DNA of 63,150 bases, filler included, from Globobulimina sp. (GCA_003354225.1; 44 parts of 44 records of this genome joined end to end with filler, not necessarily neighbours in it); one strand, 5' to 3'; counted from the whole stretch's first letter, positions 11,511 to 24,452 are shown. Numbers and translations: made by a program. Notes: generated by a model not told the origin, from the letters alone.

Positions 11511-11900
11511 GATATTGGAATAATTAAAAAAGTAAACATCTTAATTGGAAATTCAATTACATTGTATAATGTATTTGTAGATTACGCAGAAAAATGTGAT
11601 CGGAGAAGAAAAACGAAATTTTGTATGCTTTTTAAAAAGATGATATCGATGGAAAATGAAGAAGTCGATCTTGTAATGGATGTTGATTCGGATTTCAAGC
11701 ATGTTGATTCGGAAAAGTATTTTCCATATTATTGGAATCACAAATCTCAATGTGAATGGTTTTTATGCTATAAACCAAAAAGTGAGTTTGAGAGAAAAAA
11801 TATATGCAGTGGGTGCAGATTAGTGCAATATTGCTGTAGAAATCATCAGAAAAAGCACTGGAAATATATTCATTCTCAACAATGTTCAAAACTTTACTGA
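11511..11900 (+). CDS. MYND zinc finger protein, C-terminal part
   Basis: CEWFLC...CSGCRLVQYCCRNHQKKHWKYIHSQQC. Confidence 0.88.
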   Translation, partial: DIGIIKKVNILIGNSITLYNVFVDYAEKCDRRRKTKFCMLFKKMISMENEEVDLVMDVDSDFKHVDSEKYFPYYWNHKSQCEWFLCYKPKSEFERKNICSGCRLVQYCCRNHQKKHWKYIHSQQCSKLY

Positions 11901-12097
11901 ATTATGTTTTTTTCATAATATTTTTTATTTTAGTCAATTTATTTTTTTTTCACTGCATTCATTTACATCTTTTACAACAAACAATGCAATATATATATAT
12001 CGTTTATAATTTGTCTAAAAATATATCTCCCCATGAAAGTTTCAAATCTCACTTGCATACACCGTGTCCAAAATCAGTGTTAGAAAACACTCTAATC

Positions 12098-12848
12098 ATG
12101 TCAACAACAGCCTTATCCATTCAATTGCCTTTATGCTGCACTCATTTGAATCACACATTTGATATAAAAGATAAAAATGACAGAGAATTAGCCTGTCAAT
12201 ACGTGTTATCACTTTTATGCAGTAAAGCAATTGCAGCAAATATTTCTATTAGTTATCTTGATTCTATTTCACGACGAACTCGAAATATTATTTTTTGTCA
12301 CATTTTGAGCATTGAATTCCTAAATAATGAGAATAAATTGCAATCATCATTGTTAGCACTGATTGGAAGATTCAATAAGCTCAGAAATGATAAAAAACGT
12401 TATCAATTGCTTCGGAATTTATCGTGGTTAGTCGATATATTGACTTCCAATCACTTAATGGTTAAATCTATATTTAATTCTGATGCATACAAATCCGAAT
12501 TGTCAAAATTATTAATCAACGCATTAATAACTGGATTACGTACAAATATGTCAACTTTCTATAAAACAATAAGATTGAATGGAGTGCAGCTAAACACTTT
12601 GGAATGTCAATGGACTGAATGTTATTCACAATTATCAATGATAGTAAAATATTGCAAACCAATACATTTTACATTCCTGTTTGACAATGGTTTATGTGAA
12701 CTACTTGCTGGGCTTTATATTATTGGAAGAAATCACAGAGCAAAAATATTAGTCACATATTCAATTATGCTGTATCGTCAATGCATAGATTATGTGGAAA
12801 GATGTGATCGGAAAAGGAATACGCGATTTAGTATGCATTTAAAAAAGA
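12098..12848 (+). CDS. Tandem paralog of the upstream MYND protein, N-terminal part
   Basis: Its end (LYRQCIDYVERCDRKRNTRFSMHLKK) matches LYNVFVDYAEKCDRRRKTKFCMLFKK of the previous gene. Confidence 0.7.
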
Positions 12849-12948
12849 NNNNNNNNNNNNNNNNNNNNNNNNNNNNNNNNNNNNNNNNNNNNTTAATTAA
12901 TTAANNNNNNNNNNNNNNNNNNNNNNNNNNNNNNNNNNNNNNNNNNNN

Positions 12949-13501
12949 TTATGTTGCTGATGAGGCAAAGTTTGAAGTGTTTTTAAATGGATATATTGAT
13001 CATAATTATGGTGCGATTATAGATTGTTATGGACGCAAATTAGGAAAACATAAAGGATTATCATATTATACATTTGGGCAAAGATTAAAATATGATGATG
13101 AATATGATGCATTTAATAACTTATGTTTTAAATATTATATTCAGCAAAATATTAATTTGTATGTACTGGATAAAGATATTCAAAATAATGAATTGATTGT
13201 AGCGACATTCTGTCATGGAAAGTTTTATAATGATTATATTATCGGATATGAATGGAACTGGTTAATCCATCGGAATTTGAGGAAACGTTATGATGATAAC
13301 ATGTATGGTAAGTTTAGATTTCGTGATAAAGATCAGTTGTTTGCTGGTTATGTGATATTTGATAGTGATGCTTATGAATATGGACATATCCATTTGATTA
13401 ACTGTACAGTGCGGGCGGCAACGCCTGGACAGATTGTGGTAATGTACGATGACAATCATACTTGCGTAGCATCTGCCATTATTTATAGCGTTAAACACTG
13501 A
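12949..13501 (+). CDS. mnmA: tRNA-specific 2-thiouridylase MnmA/TRMU, C-terminal part
   Basis: LGKHKGLSYYTFGQR, YVLDKDIQNNELIV and RAATPGQIVVMYD motifs. Confidence 0.85.
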
Positions 13502-13541
13502 AAAATCACTGAAAAACTATATATTTTCGTGTTTTTGAACC

Positions 13542-14048
13542 ATGTCACAACTTTTCACGCTGAGTAGAAGTGCATATAAACGATTATCGTACTTTGTAGC
13601 AAAACGATATTATTCACACGATTTATCAAAATTCAGCGGAATTGGGAGATTGAATCATGTTGCCATTGCTTGTCCAGATTTGGCAGCAACATCGTCAATG
13701 TATAGGGACGTATTAAATGCAAAAGTATCGGATAGAGTGGATTTGCCTGAACATGGTGTGACCACTGTTTTTATTGAATTGGGCAATACGAAAATTGAAT
13801 TGTTACATCCATTGGGTGATAACTCGCCAATTGAGGCATATTTGAATAAGAATCCATCGGGAGGATTACATCATATTTGCTTAGAGGTTGAGGATATAAA
13901 TGAAGCCGTCAAACAATTGCAATCAAACAGTAAAAGAGTATTAAATGAACCTAAAATAGGTGCACATGGATTACCCGTTGTTTTTGTACACCCAAAAGAT
14001 ATGGGAGGAGTATTAGTGGAATTGGAGGAAATCAAACCAAACAAATAA
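13542..14048 (+). CDS. MCEE: Methylmalonyl-CoA epimerase, mitochondrial precursor
   Basis: RLNHVAIA, EHGVTTVF, KIELLHPLG.NSPI, GGLHHICLEV, GAHG.PVVF.HPKD.GGVLVELEE; Arg/Ser-rich transit-like N-terminus. Confidence 0.95.
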   Translation: MSQLFTLSRSAYKRLSYFVAKRYYSHDLSKFSGIGRLNHVAIACPDLAATSSMYRDVLNAKVSDRVDLPEHGVTTVFIELGNTKIELLHPLGDNSPIEAYLNKNPSGGLHHICLEVEDINEAVKQLQSNSKRVLNEPKIGAHGLPVVFVHPKDMGGVLVELEEIKPNK

Positions 14049-14613
14049 AACCTTCACATAATGTAAATCCGTAATCTTGATTGAAAAACTCAAAAACCTC
14101 ATGTTACACTTCCGTTTGCAAATATAAGAGATAATGTAAGTGGACAACAGCCTCCTATTCATCACACATTACATAAACACACCAATGAACCAAACAAGCT
14201 CAACCTCACATGAAGCACAAGGTTGGTGGATTGGATTAAAATTAAAATTAAAAAAAGAATCATTAAAATGCAACACAGCTAACAATNNNNNNNNNNNNNN
14301 NNNNNNNNNNNNNNNNNNNNNNNNNNNNNNTTAATTAATTAANNNNNNNNNNNNNNNNNNNNNNNNNNNNNNNNNNNNNNNNNNNNTTTTTTTGCATGGA
14401 GATGGTGATTCTGGATGGTGAAGTTTCGAAAGTACATGTTCCCGGTCGTTTGAGACAGTCTAGTGGGTACCACGTGGTTTGCCAACGAATATTAGGGTTT
14501 GTCTCAGCGGTCAGATCTGCCATAGCTCCTATACAGGAGGCCATAGAAACTGATTCTAGTATTCCTGCAACTAAAACGATTTATATATATATTATGTATG
14601 TATGTGTCTGCAA

Positions 14614-15087
14614 GTTCCAATGAGTGTGATTTTGAGGAATTTTTTTTGGGCAATTTCATCGGTGAATAAGTTATTGAAATTGAACGACAATGAGAAGGAG
14701 AAAGAGGCAGAAAGACGACAACGGAGAGATGGAATAATGGAAAGATTTAGTTTGACACCAAGAAAAACAAGGAATTCTATGTTGACATTCCAACAGGAGC
14801 TTAAATTGGATATTATCAATGATGAGGAATCTGGAAATGATGTAATTGGATATGATTATAAAGAAAATGTGATAGCAGAAGATATGGCATCTGACGGACA
14901 ATATGTTGATCAATTAACCATTACACCGAGGTCGGAGCATAGGATTATGACAATTAATGATGAAATTGATATGCAATCAGATGGACTGATGGGACTGAGA
15001 ACTTTTAACAAATTGCCATCGTTTATAAATATGAAGCATTTACCGTCTGTGCAATCGTTGGAGGTAATGCTTGACGATATGCAATGA
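14614..15087 (+). CDS. Hypothetical protein, C-terminal exon
   Basis: Open frame with acidic composition; no recognised motif. Confidence 0.4.
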   Translation, partial: VPMSVILRNFFWAISSVNKLLKLNDNEKEKEAERRQRRDGIMERFSLTPRKTRNSMLTFQQELKLDIINDEESGNDVIGYDYKENVIAEDMASDGQYVDQLTITPRSEHRIMTINDEIDMQSDGLMGLRTFNKLPSFINMKHLPSVQSLEVMLDDMQ

Positions 15088-15183
15088 GTACAAGCAAAGC
15101 AATAAATTATTTATTTAAGAAATTTTTAATCTTAATCTCACAATTATTTCCGTAGCAACTTGAACATTGTAAGTTTATAACAC

Positions 15184-15678
15184 TTATTTATTCCCATTTG
15201 GTATAAAACTCACCACACTTTCGTCACCATCATCATCGTCCTCATCCATCTCACTGTCACTTCTCTCATATTCTGCTATTTTATTTTTCAACTCATCCAT
15301 TTCTCGCGCCATCGTAGCAACGGTCTGCGTCATCGTAGCAATGGTCTCCGACAATGAACTTTCTCTTTTTGCAAACTGAGCTTTCTCTGCAAGCAACTCT
15401 CCATTTTTTTTCCTTTCCTTTTTATTTTCTTGATGATATTCCTTTGACTGTCTTTTATATTTATCCACTTTCTCGCGCTCTCTCTGCCATTTCATTTGCA
15501 ATTCTGTTATTTTATTCTCTTGCTCTCTCTCTCGCTCTCTCTCAAATAATTTACATTCATTCTCCAATTTCTCATCGTTTTCTATCTCAGCCATCAATTC
15601 TCTCTTTTTAGCATCATGTAATTCCAAATCTAAATCCATACTTTCATTCTCTTTCTCAAATATATCATATGTATTCAT
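15184..15678 (-). CDS. Hypothetical coiled-coil protein, C-terminal part
   Basis: E/K/R-rich heptad pattern and an acidic tail. Confidence 0.5.
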   Translation of the reverse strand: MNTYDIFEKENESMDLDLELHDAKKRELMAEIENDEKLENECKLFEREREREQENKITELQMKWQREREKVDKYKRQSKEYHQENKKERKKNGELLAEKAQFAKRESSLSETIATMTQTVATMAREMDELKNKIAEYERSDSEMDEDDDDGDESVVSFIPNGNK

Positions 15679-15995
15679 GTTATCATCCTCATTATTTATT
15701 GCTATATATATATATTTGTATCCANNNNNNNNNNNNNNNNNNNNNNNNNNNNNNNNNNNNNNNNNNNNTTAATTAATTAANNNNNNNNNNNNNNNNNNNN
15801 NNNNNNNNNNNNNNNNNNNNNNNNATTGTTTATTTCCTAAATCTTTACCATTGCTTGACCACAACGATAAAAATGTCTTAATTTCTGTTGATGTTAATAT
15901 TGATGATGTAATTATTGATCTCTCTTTTTGTTAATATTACATACACACAAATATTGCTCTTATTATTAATAATTTGCAAACAAAACAGAAAAAAA

Positions 15996-17162
15996 TTAAC
16001 TTGTTTTGAAAGAAATCGGACAACAAAATTTACCAAAGCCTCGACTATCTTTATATTTTGCACGTATTATATGATAAGTACAACTGTCAAGATTTGTAAT
16101 TTTATAATGATCTTTGTTTTGCACTGAACATATTTGCTTCCAATTTGATTTTTTCTCATCATATTCCTCATTATTTCCAACTTGGTAATTTTTATCTAAC
16201 TCAACCACACATTCGTATGTTTTTATATTATTAAAAAGAACCTGAATATATCCAATATATTACAGTCCAATGCACAGTTTATACAAATAATACAATCTTA
16301 ACTGTGGCGGATGTTGCTTTGATATCTGTCATGGATATTTTTGGTGTATCAGGAAACGTAAAATTATTAATTGTTCCAATGTTATTTAAATAATTTAATA
16401 CCTCATTTTTATTCACTTCCACTTCAACTTTATGCAAAATATCAATGTCTTCAAATTCAGTGTTTAATGCTTGATTGGATATGGTGATAAGTTTGGTTTT
16501 TCGCTTTATTTTATCCATATTGCTATCATTCAGCAATGCGGTTATCTGCGAATTTGCGGAGCTTAACATTTGTTCATATTTTTGTAAGGTTTCAATATGA
16601 TTCGATAATAAATCATGTTTTTTATGAATTTCATCATTTGATTGTTTAATTAATTTATCCATGGATTCATTTAATTTGTCAATAAATTCTTTTCTGAGGT
16701 TATTTATTGCGTTTTCATTGAATTCTGCAGCTTTTTTTAATATTTTAATGTCGTTTAATCTGTTGTTTATATTTTCATTTATTTCTCGTTTTTGAATAAT
16801 TAATTTATTTATGGCCTCATCCTCCAACTCACTCAATACAACGCGCACAATATGCGATGGAGAAGTTGTTGGTATGTTTTGTTTGATATTTGGGGAATTT
16901 GATAATGATTTGACGGCTTTAACAAATCGAATTGATTCAATCGCATTTAATCCTAATACATTTTTTGCATATTCTCTATGTATTATATATTTGTATAATG
17001 AATACTAAAAAGTTAATATATATGATTGAGATACTTTGCATCAACAGGATCGAGTTCAGCTAATTCTTCCAACTCTACGTTATTTTCAATTAATTTCAGT
17101 TTTGCTGATGATAACTTATGTTTACTAATCCATTTTTTTAACTCAGTATCCTCGCCGGAACC
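15996..17162 (-). CDS. Coiled-coil plus fibronectin type III domain protein, multi-exon, partial
   Basis: Intron 16242-16293 joins the ORFs in frame (VKI|VLFNN); FN3 motif YKITNLDSCTYHIIRAKY..GFG.F. Confidence 0.65.
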
Positions 17163-17305
17163 NNNNNNNNNNNNNNNNNNNNNNNNNNNNNNNNNNNNNN
17201 NNNNNNTTAATTAATTAANNNNNNNNNNNNNNNNNNNNNNNNNNNNNNNNNNNNNNNNNNNNGCTTTCAGTGCTATACTGCTCTCATTAGTCGATTCACG
17301 ACAAC

Positions 17306-17749
17306 ATGTTCCCAACAACATCGATATCAAAACAAGAAGCAGTTAATTATGGTTTATACAGTGTCTGTGTTGGAACAATCAATTCTTTATTGGCAATAAT
17401 TTTATTGCTTTGCATCTTTGCAGATGGCGGATTAAAGAGTAGTTTTCAAGCATTTGCATCATTGGCGGGATTTGGTTTATTATGCGGTATCACAGGAACA
17501 GTAATGCCATTTATTCCAGATTTAAAATCTAAACTTAAAAATACTAAAACAATTATTATTGCTGCATTGACGACTGCCAGTATACAATATTTGATAACCG
17601 CAATAGCGTGGATTTTCATTGAGCCTCATCAATATTGCTATAGTTTGATCGCATTATGTATCGCTGCATTGTATACAGTAGCAATTGGCTGCAGATTAAA
17701 AGCCGATGTTAATCAAAATGCTGACTTAGAAGAATCCAGTACAATCTAA
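17306..17749 (+). CDS. Small four-TM hypothetical membrane protein
   Basis: Complete 147-aa ORF with four hydrophobic segments. Confidence 0.6.
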   Translation: MFPTTSISKQEAVNYGLYSVCVGTINSLLAIILLLCIFADGGLKSSFQAFASLAGFGLLCGITGTVMPFIPDLKSKLKNTKTIIIAALTTASIQYLITAIAWIFIEPHQYCYSLIALCIAALYTVAIGCRLKADVNQNADLEESSTI

Positions 17750-18265
17750 TTTGATTTGATTCTGATTGTATTTTGTGTTGTAAATTATTTTGTGTTGTAA
17801 ATTCCGCGGAATAATTCTGTTATTTACGTGAATAACCTACGATATACATCTTGACAACAAGTGGTTTTATATACTCGCCCCATTATTGAGAAAATAAACT
17901 GATTGGTAGATTTTAGGGGTTTGTATTTTTGAAAAGGCGATTTTGTCCGGATCCAACCAATACAAATAATGTTCAAATATGAATTTATCCCCTTGGGAAA
18001 AGCGAATTTTTTGAGCTTCCCATGGGTTTTGTTTACTTAATATGGAACTAGTTGGATTTAAAACTATCTATCGGCCCATTCTGTGTTGTAACTATCTATC
18101 CATGTCGAATGAACAATGCTTATTAATAATAAGTCAATGGAAAATACTATATTTACAAAGGACATGGCGGTATTACAGGTTTTTAAATTAATTAATTAAC
18201 AAAAACTTTATTCAAAACTAGAAACACACAAATCTCGATAAAAAGTTGTTATTGTCGTTGGAACT

Positions 18266-18600
18266 GTGCACAATATGGCTTGTGTTAATGAGATATTTCT
18301 TGAAAATGATAACAAACAAAACGAGCAAGACCATATCGGTTGTGTTGACTCAAAAGCAGTTGATACAACAGATAATCCACATTATAAACAAGACGAAATT
18401 AATATAAATTTACTCAAACAAAATGAAATGAATTGTAATCATACAACAACTGATATTATCAATAACTGTCAACATTTACAACGATTAGCATTTGCCTTAA
18501 AATATTATACTAAGTCGAACAAATCAGTGGTGGAATGGAGTAATTTTTGTTTGACTGTGTATGGTGTCAAATTATTGGATGACTATTGTCACTTATTAGC
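18266..18600 (+). CDS. Paralog of the 9102 family protein, partial
   Basis: Near-identical block shared with ORF 9000..10028. Confidence 0.7.
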
Positions 18601-18910
18601 NNNNNNNNNNNNNNNNNNNNNNNNNNNNNNNNNNNNNNNNNNNNTTAATTAATTAANNNNNNNNNNNNNNNNNNNNNNNNNNNNNNNNNNNNNNNNNNNN
18701 CCTTTTGCAAATTTTTGATTTAAAAAGCAAAGAACAGTCAAAAACAGTGAAATTAAAATTTTGTTCGGCAAAAGATTATGGCCGGGAAAAGATACATTAA
18801 CAGTCGTCGGAACTGGTATATTGACATTGACAAAATGTTGTAGACTGACTGTTTATCGATGATTTATTTTAATTATTGAATTATTATACTATATACTGTA
18901 CAGAAAAAGC

Positions 18911-20038
18911 TTATAAGTTCTTAAAATTTAGATATGTTTGATACCCATTAAGAGCGTGTATTACACCGCCAGGGTCTCCAGGCGCTCCCGAGTCGCACCA
19001 CGCTCTGGAACGGTTATTATAACATTCCACATTTGGCTCAATTGGTGTGCCCCCACACTGATCAATGACATTCCCACTCGTTGCGTCAATCACACTCAAT
19101 AAGCCTTTATAACCTAATTCAATGATATTATCCCACTCCGCTGCCTTAAAAATATCAAATGACAAATAATTATGAACTCTGCCAAATATGATTGCATATA
19201 AAAACCCCGATGCCGCTGAAGTGTCCAAAAAAGTGCTGCTATCATTTATAATTTGATGCCATCGGCCATTGGATGCATTTTGATAATAACCAATCACATT
19301 AATATGATTTTGATAGATCTTAACAATATCTTGCTTATCTTCATCATACTTACTATCACCAATAACATCATACATCTTAATCGCTTCCACATTGCCCAAA
19401 ATCACCCAAACTCCGCCACGTCCCCAGGAGCAACAGCTACGATGACCACTGTAAGCGTTATAGCCATGAGCATAAAATCCGTCATATAAACTGTTGGGAT
19501 ACAACAAATGTTTGCTAAATTGCATATTTTGCTGGTAGACAAAATCAACATAGGTGGATATGTTGCTGTCGACATTAATATTATTCATACTGGAAGCTAA
19601 CGGCAAAACGGATGCTAATCGGGCAAGCAATGCGGTCCCCATATACTGTCAAATAATAAGTATAGAATATATGTACATGTACGTACATATACATACGTTG
19701 TCATCAGCCCATACAAATGATGCATTGTCATCGGTTTCCGCCTTCCATTGGCCCTGATCATCTCTACTAAGCGTACCATCATATATTCGCCGCGGATATT
19801 GCAAAACATAATAATCAGAAGTTATAAATGTCGCATTCCAAATCGGTGCGGAAAAGTTAAAAACCTGTCTGGCTGCTTGCGCTGTGAAGTTATATTGATA
19901 TAATAATTGTGATACATAATTAATTGCTAATAATCCAGTAACGTCTCCGGGAGTATGTTCTAAATAGTCCGTCCATGCAATTACTTGTCCGTTTGTGATT
20001 TTATATGCGATGGATTGAGTTGTGTCATTATAGAGCCA
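18911..20038 (-). CDS. Glycoside hydrolase family 105 (unsaturated uronyl hydrolase, YteR-like), one intron (19646-19696), partial
   Basis: Splicing gives VWADDN|YMG; also WGRGGVW, YQNASNGRWHQII and LDTSAASGFLYAI motifs. Confidence 0.85.
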
Positions 20039-20138
20039 NNNNNNNNNNNNNNNNNNNNNNNNNNNNNNNNNNNNNNNNNNNNTTAATTAATTAANNNNNN
20101 NNNNNNNNNNNNNNNNNNNNNNNNNNNNNNNNNNNNNN

Positions 20139-21476
20139 ATCGCGACCACCAAACAACACAGGTACCAACTACTAGCTTGCCACTTGCATCAATTTAATAT
20201 ATAAAACCAAATTATTAACAAGAATACCACTTCGTTTTGCACACCATCAACAATTATACGCTCGCCCAAATCCCATCGATGTATGCTCTGGAATATTATA
20301 TTGCAAATTCATTCATTTTAACCTTATCCAAAGCCTTTAATTTGGAGAGAAGCGCATTCGATGTTGATCTCAACGATAACCTTAATATCAATACATCGGT
20401 ACTTGATGCTGATTATTCTTTTTATGTAGCACCATATCTACAAAAAGCAAATCACAATCTGACTCAAACAGCGATACGCATTGTATTCGAGGCATACATC
20501 GATATCAGCCATTGGTACTTTGATGAATATATTTATTACAATTTCCTTTCACAATATTTATCCATGGCACTGCTTGATGTCGATGACAGTGATAATGACA
20601 AATATGAGATAAGGCTCCGCAATGTAACCTGGATCGAAGGCAGCGAGTTCATTGCAGGCCATGTCCAATGTGGCGATGATGAGCCAGAGCCAGAGCCAGA
20701 GCCTGATGGCCCGCATGGAAACCATTGGGAAGATGTAACAAACGCATTATTTGGTGATATTTATAATTTTTTGCGTTGGATATTTATTGCCACATTAGGT
20801 TGTACTTCGATTATTGTCATGATGGGGTACAGCCATTCTTGGATAGTATGGAATTATGATATTTATGTCGGGAATGGCGTATTTTTTTGTTTTGCAATGT
20901 TTGATTGGTACAGTGACATATTATTTACTTTTACGATTCCTGTGCAATATATATATTTGTGGCTACTCTCATTTTGTTTGTTATTGTTGCCATTAATTTG
21001 CAACGTTGGTTGGTTGATATCGCAGCAGAAAATATGGGAACAAGACGCGGCGATCGGTGCGCGGGTCAAAGAGTGGCTGATGCGATGGAGGCCTTTTTTA
21101 TTTTCCTTGACCATAATCTCAGGCTCCTCCTTTGGTGGCATCAATATGTGCAACAGCAACATGTTCGGCTATCCCTTGTTTCGTATGGGACTACGCACCA
21201 TACATTTGGAGAAATTTGATAGCAAACGTTTGTTTATCACTGTTTTGGGCGAAAACGTTCCTCAGTTAATTTTGCAGGCTTATTATTGGTTTGTTTTAGA
21301 TTTCAATTTCTTGAAAGACGAATTTAATGAAAATAAGTTGACCTTAAGCATGGCAATGATATCCGGCATAATATCAATATTATATGCATTTGGTGTCATA
21401 TATTCATCAAAAATCACCTTATCCAAATTTAACGATAACGAGGAAGAATTATTTGAATTTAATATCCTTTCGGCGC
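20139..21476 (+). CDS. Membrane protein with an XK-related-like TM block, partial
   Basis: FDWYSDILF and ENVPQLILQ motifs, multiple TM helices and an EPEPEP linker. Confidence 0.55.
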
Positions 21477-22069
21477 NNNNNNNNNNNNNNNNNNNNNNNN
21501 NNNNNNNNNNNNNNNNNNNNTTAATTAATTAANNNNNNNNNNNNNNNNNNNNNNNNNNNNNNNNNNNNNNNNNNNNACAAAAGAAAACTGGAAGACACCG
21601 ATATTGCAGTTGATGGTAATGACGAACCTCCACTCAAACAAACAAAACTAATGAACACAGACACGGACACCACACAAAAATCAACCAACGATGCAAAAAA
21701 TGTGCAAACAACATTCAAAACTGAACAAAACGATAACATTGATAAGGATGTCAATGAAATGAAAATAGAAAAAGATTTTTCAAATGATGCATATGGCAAC
21801 GATGAGTTGGAAAATATTGTTGATAATAAAACAGAAATTACTGTGCTTGATGGTTTTATCAACAGAAAATGAAGAAAATATCACCTGATGAGATTTTGTT
21901 GTGTTGGTTGTAAATTATTTATAGCTCTGTTGCTTATTTAACTAAACGATATATTCAAAAAGATTCTGGATTTGCACAGCGTTTCTCAGATACAACTTAT
22001 CGACCAGGGGGAGGGTTAAATCGTAATACTGCACTGGAGTTGATTTAAATTGTCGGTAACACAGAAAGA

Positions 22070-22914
22070 ATGTCAGCTATACAAATAACGTACTTTACAT
22101 GTGTTGCAATTAATGCCTTGATAGTTGCTCCACTATGTTCTTTTTATTGGTATAAATTCTGGATGCTACGTCACCAGCCTTTATTATCCAAAAGATATCC
22201 AAAATTAGCAAGTTGGATTGTAATTAGCTGCCTCATCTATTCAATTTTCCTTCGCACAATAGCTGATTTGCCAAGAATAGTTCCATCTGTTACTTATGGA
22301 TCAGCTACAATACATATCAGATTATTATTTTATAATTCATGTCATATAATCTATACTATTGTTGGTTATCGCGCATTTTTGTTGTATTATGATTACATGC
22401 GAGGTTTGTACTTAATTTCAAAACAATGGCAATCCAAAATAACGGCTGAAAATGATGATGATACCGATGATACCGATATATACAATGCGACACAAGAAAC
22501 GCATTGGACCATGAAATACAAATGTTTGGCTGATAGATCTGGTGTATTATACTGGGTTGGTTTATGCTGGATTTTATTGGTTGAAATAAGTATACTATGC
22601 AGCACTGCCATCAATGCAGAAAATATAGTTCAACCACTATTTTTAGTAATATTTATTGCGTGTTTCGCAATTTTATTGTCCAAAGTCAGACGTTGCAGAG
22701 ATGAATGTTTCTTTTCTACAGAAACAAAGATTTTGACTGTGATTGGGAGCATATTTGTGATCAGCAATACGTTGATTGTATTTATGTTTGATAATCAGTC
22801 TCAAATCAAGGCGTTATTGACTTATATATGTACGATGATTTCAATCTGTTCCTTTGTGTTGGTGTTAACAAAATGGACAGTAAAGCAATATAACAAACGG
22901 ATGTTGCGAATGAA
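22070..22914 (+). CDS. 7TM membrane protein (possibly 7TM-RGS type), partial
   Basis: Seven hydrophobic helices and KRYP after TM1. Any RGS domain would lie beyond the contig end. Confidence 0.6.
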
Positions 22915-23077
22915 NNNNNNNNNNNNNNNNNNNNNNNNNNNNNNNNNNNNNNNNNNNNTTAATTAATTAANNNNNNNNNNNNNNNNNNNNNNNNNNNNNN
23001 NNNNNNNNNNNNNNAATCTATAAATGGATTAATTATGTTATAATTTCCAAATTTAACCTCCACACTTCCAACTTTTT

Positions 23078-23149
23078 ACTACAACAACAGTACAGCAACA
23101 CTACAACAACACAACAACACTACAACAACACAACAACACTACAACAACA
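23078..23149 (+). repeat. (ACAAC/CTACAAC)n low-complexity repeat immediately upstream of an ATG
   Basis: Visible directly in the sequence. Confidence 0.8.
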
Positions 23150-23152
23150 TTA

Positions 23153-23755
23153 ATGATGTTAGTGCAATGTATTTTAATCACAGGATTAATGCTTTCAACT
23201 AAAGCCCAATTACCTCCGCTAGCAGAGGCAAATTGTACACTTCAAGATTCGTCCAAATGTGATGCTTTACACGTTATGTTTGGAGACTTAGTAAATGCAT
23301 TTTTAGAGAACGATGTTGTAGAGTTTCAATGTTCAGTGGATATGGGACTTTGTTCCAGTTAAGTCGTTTTACCTTACATTTTTGTATAGAATACAATTAA
23401 AATTCAATTCTTTGTTACAGTAACATGTAAAGATAACTCGACGTGCACAGAGATCAATAAATCTGTTTTTCCAATCAAAGAAACATGGTGCGATGATACT
23501 GCACATGTATGCATTGCAGATTTATCATGCACGCAATCACAAGATTGCACTGCGATTGATACGTTAAATTATTGTGACAATGGTGCATGCGCAGAAGATC
23601 CAGAAGGCACAGTAACAACACCATCGCCAACACCATCGCCAACCACAGCAACAACACCATCGCCAACCGTTGAACAAAATGATTTGACAGATTCGTCGTC
23701 TGCACATTATGTGTTTTTACCTCAAATATTATTTTTCATCTGGTTGACACTGTAA
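23153..23755 (+). CDS. Secreted Cys-rich, Thr/Pro-stalk, probably GPI-anchored surface protein; intron 23358-23420
   Basis: Splicing gives CS|ITCKDNSTC...TTPSPTPSPT...SSSAHYVFLPQILFFIWLTL*, with a signal peptide and a hydrophobic C-tail. Confidence 0.75.
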
Positions 23756-24007
23756 TGTAACATTTTAATTGTAGTAATATTATATTATTTATGTATCGTA
23801 ACAAAATTAAATATCTTTTTCGCCAACAAACACTACCATTTTTACTTGAGTAATGAATCCCAACTTGCATCTACAAAAACGAAATTACGCCGACTGACTA
23901 TTGTAATACGGTATCTCAGCAAATGCAGCCAAACAAAAACAAAAAACAAAAGGCACGTTCTTTTCAAATAAACGTTTTTGAGTTTGGTGGGTGAGTTTTT
24001 TGAAAAC

Positions 24008-24352
24008 AATGGCTAAACCTTTAGCAGAGAACGAAGAAAAATTAGATGAAGTCCATTCCGATATAGATGTAAAAGCACCACATATTGGTTTTGAATATTT
24101 TGAAAGCAGAGAGTATCTAAATATGATACCAGATGATAATCCAAATTGGATGTACTCAGAATTAGATATAAAAGCAGATAAATATGATCCAACTGTCTTA
24201 GACAATTTCAGTCCGCCAAAATGTGACACACAGCATCCATATTATCATGATATCATATCCGCATTGGATATATTTAAAGAATGGACAAATTTGAAAGAAT
24301 CGAAGAATAAAACGGAGCAAAACAGTTGGAAATATTCGAACCCTGTGAGTGA
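24008..24352 (+). CDS. Hypothetical protein, N-terminal part
   Basis: Open frame to the contig end; no confident motif. Confidence 0.4.
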
Positions 24353-24452
24353 NNNNNNNNNNNNNNNNNNNNNNNNNNNNNNNNNNNNNNNNNNNNTTAA
24401 TTAATTAANNNNNNNNNNNNNNNNNNNNNNNNNNNNNNNNNNNNNNNNNNNN

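Noticed and set aside
1-14048. Carboxyltransferase plus methylmalonyl-CoA epimerase as a propionate gene cluster
   Set aside because: They lie on different contigs and come from different sources (bacterial fragment versus mitochondrial precursor).
14387-14580. GC-richer segment considered as structural RNA or a separate exon
   Set aside because: No recognisable rRNA, ncRNA or protein motif; it cannot be assigned.
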